Source: Candidatus Latescibacterota bacterium (GTDB lineage: Bacteria; Latescibacterota; UBA2968; UBA8231). From it: a stretch of DNA of 64,000 nt. The translations under genes were made by a program, and so were the position numbers. Under the pieces are notes generated by a model. It worked only from the letters and a program-made list of their open reading frames with translations. It was not told the origin of the DNA and searched no databases. Below, in pieces: positions 32,992 to 43,239 of this stretch. The stretch covers positions 1,952,001 to 2,016,000 of the forward strand of contig CBDCXV010000010.1 of the NCBI GenBank assembly GCA_965223905.1, in the 5' to 3' direction. Numbering within the stretch: position 1 is the stretch's first letter; each line of letters begins with the position of its first letter.

Positions 32992-34493
32992 ATGGTTACC
33001 GACGCCCAAGTGAGGAGACTGATGAAGCTGATTCGAACCGAGAAGACGTTGGCCGTGGCCGCCGCCAAGGCCGGCATGGACGAGAAGACCGCGCGTAAGT
33101 ACCGCGATGCGGGGCAGCTGCCGAGCCAGTTGGCCGCCGAGCCTACGTGGCGCACCCGGGTCGATCCCTTCGAGCAGGTATGGCCGGAGTTGAAGGACCT
33201 GCTCGACCACAACCCGGGCCTGGAGGCCAAGCAGTTGTTCGAGTACCTGCAGCGCCAGCACCCCGGCGCGTTTGCCGACGGGCAGTTGCGCACCCTTCAG
33301 CGCCGGGTGAAGGTCTGGCGCGCCCTGGAGGGTCCGGCCAAAGAGGCGTATTTCCCCCAGCTTCACAAGCCCGGGCAACTGGGGCAGTCGGATTTCACGG
33401 ACCTGAGCTCCCTGGGCGTCACCCTCCAGGGCCGTCCCTTCAACCATCTGCTCTACCACTTCGTGCTCACCTACTCCAACTGGGAGACGGTCAGGATCTG
33501 TTTCTCCGAGAGCTTCGAGGCGCTCAGCGCCGGTCTGCAAGACGCCTTGTGGGAGTTGGGGGGCGTGCCCCGGGCTCACCAGACCGACTGCCTGAGTGCG
33601 GCCGTGCATAAGCTCGGCCACCCCAACCCCTTTCACGCGTCGATTCGACGCCCTGCTGTCTCACTACGGCCTGGAAGGGCGCAAGACCCACCCGGGCAGC
33701 CCGCACGAAAACGGGGACGTGGAGCAGGGACATTATCGCTTCGTCCGGGCCGTCGAGCAGGGTCTGATGCTGCGGGGCAGCCGCGACTTCGTCTCCAGGG
33801 ACGAGTATGCCGGCTTCCTGCGCACGATACTGACTCAGCGCAACGCCGGACGCCAGGAGAAGCTGGCCGAGGAGCTGGAGGTGGTGCGCCGTCTGCCGGC
33901 TCGACGGCTCGACGACTTCAAGCGGCTGGAGGTGCGGGTGAGCCCGTTCAGTACGATCCGGGTGCAGGACAACACCTACTCGGTCCACAGCCGCCTGATC
34001 GGCGAACGCGTGCAGGTGCGTCTGTACGCGGACCATGTCGACGTCTACTACGCCCAGCGCCATCTCGAACGGATTCCGCGGCTGCGCGGCAAGGGCGGGC
34101 ACTGCATCCAGTATCGCCACGTCATCGACTCGCTGGTGCGCAAACCCGGTGCCTTCGCCCACTACCGGTACCGCGACGACCTGTTTCCGACCACGCGTTT
34201 CCGGCTCGCCTACGATAGCCTGCGCGCAACGCACAGCGATACCGCGGCCAGCCGCCAATATCTGCTGATTCTTCAACTGGCGGCCCGGGAGAGCCAGGAG
34301 CGCGTCGAGGCGCTGCTGCAGCGGTTGCTGGACGCCCGGCAGCCGCTGAGCGCGGAGCGGGTCAGGCAGTTGCTGCAAGCCGGCGCCCGGAGCGACGCTC
34401 CGGCCGCCTCGGTCCAGGTGCGACCGGGTCGACCTGCGCCTCTACGACCGCCTGCTGTCGTCGCCCCCGTTGGCACAGGCGGTGGCGCCATGA
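32992..34493 (+). CDS. istA: IS21 transposase IstA (frameshifts at ~33630 and ~34425)
   Basis: AGMDEKTARKY, WRTRVDPF, GQSDFT, HENGDVE, NTYSVHSRLIG, LVRKPGAF; ATGA overlap with istB. Confidence 0.85.
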
Positions 34494-35251
34494 CCCGACG
34501 AAACACGCGCAAGCTCCTGCAGGACGGGCTCAAGGAGCTGCGCTTGCCGGCCATGCGCAGCGGCTTTCCGCAGGTCGCCGAGCATGCCCGCGCCGATTCG
34601 GCCAGCTACGAGCAGTTCCTGCTGGCGCTGGTCGACCAGGAACGCGACGTGCGCCGCCAGCGCCGCATCGAGCGCGCCCTGCGGGCCTCCCACCTGCCCC
34701 TGGACAAGACCCTGGAGACCTTCGAGCGCACGCGACTGCCCCGCAAGATCGACCCCCTCGTCAACGCCCTCATCGAGGGCTCCTTTCTCGACCGCTGCGA
34801 AAACGTGCTGGCCTTCGGCCCACCCGGCAGCGGCAAGACCCACCTGCTGTGTGCCATCGGTCTGGAGTTGATCTACGCCGGGCGCCGCGTGCTGTTCCGG
34901 CGCTGCGACGTGCTCGTGCAGGAGCTGCTGGCCGCCAAGCGCGATCTCGTCCTGCCGCGGGTGCTCAAGCAGTGGGGCCGCTTCGACGCCCTCCTGATCG
35001 ACGACCTCGGCTACGTCCAGCACAGCCGTCAGGAGATGGAGGTGCTGTTCAACCTGCTGGCGCACCGCTACGAGCGCGGCAGTGTCCTGATCACCAGCAA
35101 CCTGCCGTTTTCCCGATGGGAGGAGATCTTCAAAGACCCCATGACCACCGCGGCGGCCATCGACCGCCTGGTCCACCACAGCGTTATCCTCGAACTCAAC
35201 ATCTCCAGCTACCGGCTGGAGGCGTCGAAAAAGAAGCGTCGTGCCGCCTGA
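34490..35251 (+). CDS. istB: IS21 helper ATPase IstB
   Basis: GPPGSGKTHL Walker A, LLIDDLGY Walker B, RYERGS.LITSN, AAAIDRLVHH. Confidence 0.95.
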   Translation: MTRRNTRKLLQDGLKELRLPAMRSGFPQVAEHARADSASYEQFLLALVDQERDVRRQRRIERALRASHLPLDKTLETFERTRLPRKIDPLVNALIEGSFLDRCENVLAFGPPGSGKTHLLCAIGLELIYAGRRVLFRRCDVLVQELLAAKRDLVLPRVLKQWGRFDALLIDDLGYVQHSRQEMEVLFNLLAHRYERGSVLITSNLPFSRWEEIFKDPMTTAAAIDRLVHHSVILELNISSYRLEASKKKRRAA

Positions 35252-35639
35252 CGGGGCGAAGAGTTCGTGGCTAGCCCGGCCCCAGGCCAACGGTCGGGAC
35301 GACGCCGTCCCGGAGCGCAACACGGATGTGGATAATTTGCCAGTGCGGGAGGTGTCCTGCAGCCCATGTGCTTACCCGCTCAGACCGTGCCCTCTACAGG
35401 CTACGAAAGAGGTACAACCCCAACCCAGAACGGGAATTCTAATTGTCGTCAGAGGGAATTTCTAGTTGACGCCGATCACTTTAGTAGACTACCGGCCCCT
35501 GCCTCTCCGTGCCCGCCAGAGCGTCCCAATCCTCTTTCCCATCCAGCAACCTCACCTTCCCCGACACCTCTCGCCGGAAGTACTCTATCTCTCCCTGCCG
35601 GTCGGCTGACAGACTATCGTATTCGGACTGGGAAACCTG

Positions 35640-37679
35640 GAAGCGACCAGTCAATGCTGGTCGATAGGGAAGGAAAGGAGGTGAGACCTTTCCGGAAATA
35701 TCGTTTGTCATCCAGCGGGTGCAAAACCCGCCCGGCCAAAGCTGAGCCCGGCAGGCCGGAAGCGAGCCTTTGCGCCGGTCCCGGTAACGGGGCGGGTGAT
35801 GCGTAAGGCAGCGAGCGAGTGGGCCGTGGGGTTGCAGCTCCGAAAGAAAGTATCGTCCCGGCAGAGCCCAAGGGGTTCGGTTTCTGGAAGGCAGCAGTGT
35901 CGTCACCGGGTAGAAGTGGGCGAGGCGACGGCGCACCGGCGGAGTGGATGACCATGGCACGTTCGAAGAGGATGATCCAAGTAAACTGGGAGGCCCTTGT
36001 TTTCCACGGTGTGATCCGGTCCGGGGAGCCGTATGAAAGTCTCCAGCGTGTCCCACGTCGGAGGACGCACGCGGGACGCGGCGACGAACACCCGTCCCTA
36101 CCGTGGTAGGTCGTTGGCGAGGGGAACCGGAGCCGCGACCGATGAAGCAAGGGAGTCGGAGGGCTGCAAAGTAGCAAAGACCTCGGGGAACGGTCGGCAC
36201 CGGACCCGGGCAAGCGAAGGTAACCCGCGTTGGTATGAACTTCAGGAGGGTATCATGACCGATGCATCGACATCGGGGGACATGTCCCTGGGACTCTTGA
36301 AGGTAGCGGAACGAGCGAGGCGCGAGCCGCGCGGCCAGTTTCACTCGCTCGCCCACCTGATCGATGTGGATGCTCTGCGCAGGGCGTATGAACGCCAGCG
36401 GCCCAACGTGGCCCCTGGCACCGACGGCGTGACCAAGGCGCAGTACGGGCAGGAACTGGAGAGCAATCTTCGGGACCTGCACCAGCGACTGCGCAGCATG
36501 CGGTGGCGTCATCAGCCCCTGCGGAGGGTCCACATCCCCAAGGAAGGACAGCGTGGTGAGACGCGACCGATCGGCATCGCGTGTTTCGAGGACAAGTTGG
36601 TCCAAGGGGCACTGAGCGAGGTGCTGTCGGCCGTCTACGAGCAGGACTTTCGGGACTGCTCTCACGGCTACCGGCCGGGGCGCAGTGCCCATGATGCACT
36701 GCGGGCACTGGATCGGGCGGGTATGAGAGGCGAGGCGAACTGGGTGCTGGAGGCGGATATTGAGTCGTTCTTCGATAGTGTGAGTTGGACTCAACTTCGC
36801 GAGATCCTCCAGCAGCGGATTCCCGATGGGTCGATCACCCGGCTCGTCGGGAAGTGCATGCACGCGGGGGTGCTCGACGGCGAGGAGTTTTTGACGCCGG
36901 ATAGTGGCACGCCCCAGGGGTCGGCTCTGTCTCCGCTGCTCGGGAACCTCTTTCTGCACTATGTGCTGGATCAGTGGTTTGAGGACGAGATCAAGCCGCG
37001 CTTACGCGGAAAGGCGCACCTGATCAGGTACGCCGACGATTTTGTGATCGGCTTCGAACGACAGGACGACGCGCAACGTGTGCAGGAGGTGTTGCCCAAG
37101 CGGATGGGGAAGTATGGGCTGCGCCTGCGGCCGGACAAAACACGGCTCATTCCTTTCGCACGCCCCTCACAGGGCCAGACGAAAGGGAAGGGGCCGGGCT
37201 CCTTCGACCTGTTGGGGGTTTACGTGCTACTGGTATCGAGCCCGTACAGGTCGATGGGTGCTGGCGTACAAGACCAAGCGTGCACGACGGAAGCGGGCCA
37301 TCCGGGCCGTGTATACATGGTGTCGGCAACATCGACACCTGTCGATTCCTGAACAGCACGCCGCCCTCACCAAGCGACTGGAAGGCCACTACAACTATTT
37401 CGGGGTGAACGGCAATGTCGGCAGCCTTGTCCGGCTCGTCGAGCACACGAAGCGCGCATGGTTTAAGTGGCTGAATCGCCGTAGCCAGCGAAGTCGCCTG
37501 AACTGGGAGCGATTCGAGGACCTGCTTCGGGATTACCCGCTCCCGCCACCCCGCCGCGTCGTCCAGCTGTCGAGTGGTTAGAACCGCGAGCCATATCAGC
37601 AGAGGAGCCGGATGGTGGAAATCTCCAAGTCCGGATCTGGGGAGGGCCGGAGCTGGGCAACTGGCTCCGGCTACTCAAC
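35640..37679 (+). mobile_element. Group II intron (endonuclease-minus), inserted antisense into the host gene
   Basis: Domain V GAGCCGGATGGTGGAAATCTCCAAGTCCGGATC, domain VI hairpin ending CTACTCAAC; excision restores GGAAACCTG-CCTCGCC as in the paralog; no TSD. Confidence 0.92.
36255..37581 (+). CDS. ltrA: Group II intron reverse transcriptase/maturase (frameshift in the G5 run at ~37215)
   Basis: RBS AGGAGG; APGTDG, RRVHIPK, RPIGI, GYRPGRSAHDAL, DIESFFD, GTPQGSALSPLL, RYADDF, FDLLGF, GHYNYFG; no HNH domain. Confidence 0.92.
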
Positions 37680-38415
37680 CCTCGCCCTGCCGAAGTCGCT
37701 GTCCGTGATCCCCACCCCGACGTATCGGATAATGTCGCCGGTAAAATCGCCCAGTGCGTTGGGCCACTTCGTCGGTAGCTGTTTGGTCAGATCGATCTCG
37801 AAAACCCGCTCGTTCTTGATCGGTTTGTCCGTGGTGAAGCGTGTCCGGAAAACAAGCTGATCGAGGGTTCTCTGTCCCTGTGAAGTGGTCACCTTGAACT
37901 GCAGAAAAGGGTCTCCCAGATCTTCACCGACAAACTTGAGGACGATCCTGGGGGCAGATACCGTCCGCCCCAGATCGATCTGCACCCACCAGTCTTCCAA
38001 CAGATCGGACGTGTCCGGTCCCCAGTAGGTGTCCATCCTGCCATCCATGAGGTCATGTCGCTCGGGCGATTGGATCCGGCAGCTAATATTCCGCCGCCGA
38101 ATTCGGCGGCATTGGCATTGAGGGCGGCGTTGATGCCGGGAACGACGACTTCCTCGCCATCTATCTCCAGGCTCGTGTGCTTACGGATCAAGGCGGGCTT
38201 CACGCCCTCATCGCTGATCTGGACCGTGTTGGCAGCGGAGTGCCAGCGTTCCCAATGCTCCCTGGAATCGACGACCACCTTGCCTGACTCCAGCGAATAC
38301 CCCTCCTTCCCCGGCACACGCCCGCCGCAAACAATGTCAACACGGAACAGACCAGGGCAGTTCTGATTGAGTTGAGAGAAAATGCCGCCGATCTCATGGC
38401 TTCTCCTGACTAGCC

Positions 38416-41205
38416 TCAATAAGCGACGTGCACCAATCGATGGACCGAGGTGTTCTTCTTGGATGTCGAATGCACATCCAGGTCGATGCGCATCAGATAG
38501 ATCCCCGGTGGCACGATCGCTCCCGACTGATCAACTCCCGTCCACGCCACCGTATGACGACCCGCCGTTATGGTCTCCTCAGTTATCCGCGCCACCAGCC
38601 GGCCGCTCAGATCGTACACTTCCACCTGAACCGGCGTCGAAGCAAGCACCCGCATCAGCGAAAAACTGACCTCCAGCTCGTCGTTGATGCCGTCGCCATT
38701 GGGCGTGAACCCGCTATCGACCTGCAGATCCCCCAGCAGCTCGCCGCGCTCCAGCGCCAACACCACCGTCGTCTCGCTGTCCACAACCCCGTTGGCATCG
38801 CCGTCATCCGCCCGCTGCCACGAGTTCTCGAACTCCGAGTGCCCCAGGGAGCCGATGAAAAACGTGTTGTACACGAATATGGTCGCCTCGAACTGAAGCT
38901 CCACCAGCGCTGATCCACTCGTCGTCTTGATCGCAGCCGGCAGACGCACCCACAGCGAATCCGTCTCCATCACCACCTCGAACCCCTCGCTCTCCGCCGT
39001 ATACGTTACGGCTTCCTGCCCCGTCACGTCTACACTCACCTGTTGCAGCGTCATGTCGACGCCGTCGGGCGCCTTGATGAGGATCTCGTCGAACCCCCTG
39101 CTGCCCGACTCGAAGGTCGAGCGGATGAAATACGACAGCTGCTGCTTCGTGCCGATCTCCTCCAGACGCGAGGGCAGCACCTCGCCCACGATCGTGCCGG
39201 CCACCGGCCTCACGAAGTTCAGCGCCACAGAACGCAGCGTGGCCGCTGCCATGGGATCTTCCGTCAGCAAGGTCGTCCTGATGGCGACGAACTTCCTGGG
39301 ACTGGGCGAGGTGATCTTTTCGCCTGAATCGAAGTAGGGCTGACTCCAGCCACTCCAGTCACTGCCCGGGATCGTCTCGGGTATGGCCGGGCCCACCGCA
39401 GCTTCCCCCCCGAACCACGTACTGTCCGATTTCCAGGCCGCGCGCGCCTCCTCTTCGGTGCCCGGGTATTCATCCCCGTTCTTCTTGTAGTAGCGGGTTA
39501 TGCGCTCGACCGTATCGCCGGTTCGGGTTTGTAAGATGAGATTCGTACCCGGCGGCACGTCGGCCTCCCACTCGATGGAAGCCAGGTTCTGAGGGGTCTC
39601 CGCCAGCTCTATGAACGGGGACTCCCCTCCGAACTCAGACGAGATCTGCGACTCCGCCAGGAACCCCTCGCCAAAAAACTGGACCTCCGACAGCCCGAAT
39701 GAGTCGGCGACAAACTCGGCCGACCCATCATTGGGCCACAATCGGTAGGTGAACGCGAAAAACTTTGCCTTGGTGAGCGGAAACTTGAAGTCGTTGTACC
39801 TCTCGCTGGTCGGACCCGAGGAAATGTTGAGACTTTTGACCGACCCCACAGTCTTCCAGGCCAGGCTGCCGCCGGCATTGGTGGAGCCGTCGGAGAGCTG
39901 GATTCTGTATTCGGGAAATGGACTGGTCCACGTCGACTTGCCGAATATCTGCAGCACCCTGATATTGTCCAGAAAGAAAGCGCCGCCAAAATCTATGATC
40001 AGCTGGCGCTCGATATCCACCGGCTCTGACGGCGGAAGAAAACTGGGGTTGAAGCCCCCTACGGCGGGCCAGTACGGCACGTCACCGAAGTAGTCTCCGT
40101 CGACCACCGCGCCTTCAGCGCCGTTGTTGTCGACGCTCGTCACCCTGCCTCCCCGCGCAATTACTCCCGTGCCGATGTTGTCGCCAATAGCCCAGACCTC
40201 GATCTCGGCCAGTCTGGGAACCTCGCGGCGGTAGTAGACCACCGGCCCCTGCCTCGCCGTGCCCGCCAGAGCGTCCCAATCCTCCTTCCCCCCTCGCAGT
40301 AGCCTTTCCCTCCCGGAAGCGTCACGCCGGAAGTACTCTATGTCTCCCTGCCGGTCGGACGGCAGGCTCTCGTATTCGGACTGGGAAACCTGCCTCGCCT
40401 TGCCGTAATCGCTGTCCGTGATCCCGACTCCGACGTACCGGATGATGTCGCCGGTGAAGTCGCCGGTTGTATTGGGCCACTTCGTCGCCGGCTGTTTGGT
40501 CAGATCGATCTCGATTACCCGCTCGTTCTTGATCGGTTTGTCCGTGGTGAAGCGGGTACGGAACAGACGCGGACCGATGGTTTTTTCTCCCTGAGAGGTC
40601 GTCACCTTGAACTGCAGAAAAGGGTCTCCCAGCTCCTCCCCGACAAACTTGAGGATGATCTTGGTGGCAGATACCGTCCGCCCCAGATCGATCTGCACCC
40701 ACCAGTCTTCCAACAGATCGGACGTGTCCGGTCCCCAGTAGGTGTCCATCCTGCCATCCATGAGGTCGATGTCGCTCGGGCGATTGGATCCGGCAGCTAA
40801 TATCCCGCCGCCGAATTCGGCGGCATTGGCATTGAGGGCGGCGTTGATGCCGGGAACGACGACTTCCTCGCCATCTATCTCCAGGCTCGTGTGCTTACGG
40901 ATGAAGGAGGGCTTCACGCCCTCATCGCTGATCTGGACCGTGTTGGCAGCGGAGTGCCAGCGTTCCCAATGCTCCCTGGAATCGACGACCACCTTGCCTG
41001 ACTCCAGCGAATACCCCTCCTGTCCCCAGCACTGACCTACCGCCGACAACGTCAACGCGGAACAGATTAGTGCCGCGCGGCACAAGTCCGTTATCAGTTG
41101 AGCGTCGACCCATCCCGGCTCGCGGCGCTCACCTTGTGGCAACGTACTTACGCCGCGAGGCACTCGGATTCTTATCGAGTGGAGCAAAAATGCCGATGAG
41201 CGCAC
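38416..41205 (-). CDS. Large secreted tandem discoidin-like + FlgD-Ig C-terminal domain protein (FTPNGDGIND)
   Basis: GTG start after AAGGAG; WWVQIDLGRTV, IIDFGGAFFLDNIR, WSGWSQPY..SPSPRKF, FTPNGDGIND...VYDLSGRLV...PPGIYL. Confidence 0.8.
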   Translation of the reverse strand: MRSSAFLLHSIRIRVPRGVSTLPQGERREPGWVDAQLITDLCRAALICSALTLSAVGQCWGQEGYSLESGKVVVDSREHWERWHSAANTVQISDEGVKPSFIRKHTSLEIDGEEVVVPGINAALNANAAEFGGGILAAGSNRPSDIDLMDGRMDTYWGPDTSDLLEDWWVQIDLGRTVSATKIILKFVGEELGDPFLQFKVTTSQGEKTIGPRLFRTRFTTDKPIKNERVIEIDLTKQPATKWPNTTGDFTGDIIRYVGVGITDSDYGKARQVSQSEYESLPSDRQGDIEYFRRDASGRERLLRGGKEDWDALAGTARQGPVVYYRREVPRLAEIEVWAIGDNIGTGVIARGGRVTSVDNNGAEGAVVDGDYFGDVPYWPAVGGFNPSFLPPSEPVDIERQLIIDFGGAFFLDNIRVLQIFGKSTWTSPFPEYRIQLSDGSTNAGGSLAWKTVGSVKSLNISSGPTSERYNDFKFPLTKAKFFAFTYRLWPNDGSAEFVADSFGLSEVQFFGEGFLAESQISSEFGGESPFIELAETPQNLASIEWEADVPPGTNLILQTRTGDTVERITRYYKKNGDEYPGTEEEARAAWKSDSTWFGGEAAVGPAIPETIPGSDWSGWSQPYFDSGEKITSPSPRKFVAIRTTLLTEDPMAAATLRSVALNFVRPVAGTIVGEVLPSRLEEIGTKQQLSYFIRSTFESGSRGFDEILIKAPDGVDMTLQQVSVDVTGQEAVTYTAESEGFEVVMETDSLWVRLPAAIKTTSGSALVELQFEATIFVYNTFFIGSLGHSEFENSWQRADDGDANGVVDSETTVVLALERGELLGDLQVDSGFTPNGDGINDELEVSFSLMRVLASTPVQVEVYDLSGRLVARITEETITAGRHTVAWTGVDQSGAIVPPGIYLMRIDLDVHSTSKKNTSVHRLVHVAY

Positions 41206-41238
41206 TTCTTTCTCCTTGCTTCGTGACAGCACCGCTAA

Positions 41239-43164
41239 TCAGTAGGCTACTGAAACGACGCCGCTGCTGATCTCCCTCCCTGACTGCACGTCCACCACCA
41301 GCCGGTACAGATACAGCCCCGGCGGCACCAGCCCGTTCGAGTCGTCCCGGCCATCCCACACGTGGCTGTACTCACCCACCGGATTCTCCCCCTCATACAC
41401 CCGCCTCACCAGCCGGCCCGACAGATCGTAGATCTCGAGCGACACCGGCACCGCTGACGTCACCCGCAGGAGCTTGTACGAGATGTCAACCACATCATTC
41501 ACCCCATCGCCGTTCGGCGTGAACGGATTCGGCGAGATCCGAGGCGAAAACACCAGCGATTCGCTCAGAGCCGTTCTCACCGACAAACGATCGCCTTCGA
41601 TCTCATCGGCAGCATTGCCCGGCACGACCCGCTGCCGCACCTCGTGCGGCCTTTCCGTGTCGAACACTCTGCCTGCAAACTGGTTGCCCACTTCTCTCAG
41701 TACCGGAGCGGTGAACACCACCTCCACCAGCGCACCGCTGTCAGTCGGCTTCAGCCGGCGCGGGAGCAGAACCTCAAACCCAAGACCGTCTTCGTGGATA
41801 GTCCACGAGAAATCGTCGTGATCGACCGCGTCTATGCGCAGCGAATCGACCGACACCACCCCTGACGGCGTCGAGATCTCCACCCCGTCAAAGCTGATGT
41901 CGGTGGAGTGGATCGTCGGACTGATGTAATAGGTGAAATGCGTCGGCTCGCCCACCGCAGTCTCTATCGGGTAAATCTCCCCTACCAGTTCGCGAACCAG
42001 CGGCGGTACAGACGCTTTGACTTCTATGAAGTCGATCTTGCCCCCGTCTTCGATAGTCGATGAAAAATCCGTTCTGATCTGGAAGTATTTCCGCGGCCCT
42101 GGGGATACGAAGGCAACCCCGGGATGCTCGAACGCATACGGGGACGACCAGAAACTCCAGTTCTCCGTATCCGAACTGACCCAGTCCGCCTCGTCTCGCG
42201 GCTTGAAAAGCTTAGTGAGTTTTTCGTACTGGCGCTTGTACTCCGTCAGGCTCAGGTCGCCGCCGCCCTGCAGAAACTTGATGCTGTCCTGCTGCTCGGG
42301 GCGGGCTTCCCAGAAAATGACCGGCTGCGGGTCATTGCCCGCCCGGGTGCGGATAGCGACCCGGGCATGGGGATCCTGCCGCCCCGACCAGCGAATCTCG
42401 CCCAGACTGGCGGTGTCGTCTAGCGCGATCACATCCGATTCGTACGACGCCGGGCTCACAAATCCTCCGCCGAAAATCTCGATATCGGCGATCCCAATCT
42501 CCTTTTGCGTAGTGCGAAAAATCCCCAAGCGCATAGACCTGACTGTTGCCGGGTGTAGCAGAGTGACGTTGACGTCGGGATCCGTGTTTTCCCTTACCTC
42601 GACTAGTCGCGTGAAATTCGGGATCCGGTCCGGAACTCTCGTCCGTTCTCCGCTGACTTCAATCTTGAAATGGGTCACGAAATGCTCTGGTCTGTCTGCC
42701 AGAGGTCGGAACGCCACTTCCCTGATCGAGAAGCGCCCACCCAGATCGAGGTAAACCCAGTTGAGCCTAGTGAACTTGTTGAAGACCTCTGGTGCGATGG
42801 CTGGCCAAGTGTAAGCCGTTCGCGGATCCTGATCGATCAGCGAGTGCACCCGGTCATCCGAGACAATAGCTGTTCCGGTTGCTGCCAGGAAGCCATCTCT
42901 GGAAAAGAGCGTCGCAGCGATGTTTTCGTCCTCGTCGAAGAAGTTGGGCTGCAGAGAACCCGCCTGTAACGAGTCTGGCTCGAGGGCCTCCTCGAACTGC
43001 GAGGCCGACCACGCGATGTCCCGGAAGTCGATACTGAGCCCCTCCAGACTGTCCTTCTCCGCTGCGGTAAAAGGCGCGCCGATGCGGTAGACGATCACGC
43101 CCGAAGCGTCGCGCGCATTGAGAGCGAGGGCAATTAAGATGAGCAGGAACATTCCTGTCGTCAT
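41239..43164 (-). CDS. Secreted discoidin-like + FlgD-Ig C-terminal domain protein (PNPFTPNGDGVND); first gene of the operon
   Basis: Signal peptide; YLDLGGRF.IREV.FRP; WSFWSSPY..SPGPRKYFQ; C-terminal WDGRD..G..VPPGLYLY...VSVAY. Confidence 0.8.
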   Translation of the reverse strand: MTTGMFLLILIALALNARDASGVIVYRIGAPFTAAEKDSLEGLSIDFRDIAWSASQFEEALEPDSLQAGSLQPNFFDEDENIAATLFSRDGFLAATGTAIVSDDRVHSLIDQDPRTAYTWPAIAPEVFNKFTRLNWVYLDLGGRFSIREVAFRPLADRPEHFVTHFKIEVSGERTRVPDRIPNFTRLVEVRENTDPDVNVTLLHPATVRSMRLGIFRTTQKEIGIADIEIFGGGFVSPASYESDVIALDDTASLGEIRWSGRQDPHARVAIRTRAGNDPQPVIFWEARPEQQDSIKFLQGGGDLSLTEYKRQYEKLTKLFKPRDEADWVSSDTENWSFWSSPYAFEHPGVAFVSPGPRKYFQIRTDFSSTIEDGGKIDFIEVKASVPPLVRELVGEIYPIETAVGEPTHFTYYISPTIHSTDISFDGVEISTPSGVVSVDSLRIDAVDHDDFSWTIHEDGLGFEVLLPRRLKPTDSGALVEVVFTAPVLREVGNQFAGRVFDTERPHEVRQRVVPGNAADEIEGDRLSVRTALSESLVFSPRISPNPFTPNGDGVNDVVDISYKLLRVTSAVPVSLEIYDLSGRLVRRVYEGENPVGEYSHVWDGRDDSNGLVPPGLYLYRLVVDVQSGREISSGVVSVAY

Positions 43165-43239
43165 CTGGCAGCTCCCGTCGGATTGTGAATGTCCAGGCTC
43201 GGCTGGCTGCGCGAGAATAGTCGATGTTGCCAAACGCAC

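Larger units (their letters stand above)
32890..35478 (+). mobile_element. IS21-family insertion sequence
   Basis: TG...CA ends with imperfect long TIRs (TGATCAGCGACAA...CTGACGACAAGTAGAATTCCCG / CGGGAATTCTAATTGTCGTCAG...GACGCCGATCA); no TSD visible. Confidence 0.9.
31380..38397 (-). pseudogene. Paralog of 38416-41205, disrupted by a group II intron, IS21, an ~270-bp deletion (~32100) and 1-bp indels (~38310, ~38055, ~31970)
   Basis: Colinear with the intact paralog once the inserts are removed; own RBS (AGGAG) and start MRSAAFSLNSIR. Confidence 0.88.

Noticed and set aside
31380-41205. Diversity-generating retroelement (RT next to repeated, variable genes)
   Set aside because: The RT has group II intron motifs (YADD, maturase X, flanking DV/DVI RNA). 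There is no avd and no short TR/VR pair, and paralog differences include indels and are not adenine-specific.
29630-43164. Flagellar hook-capping (flgD) genes
   Set aside because: Only the C-terminal FlgD-Ig-like fold is present, on large Sec-signal proteins, and there are no flagellar genes nearby.
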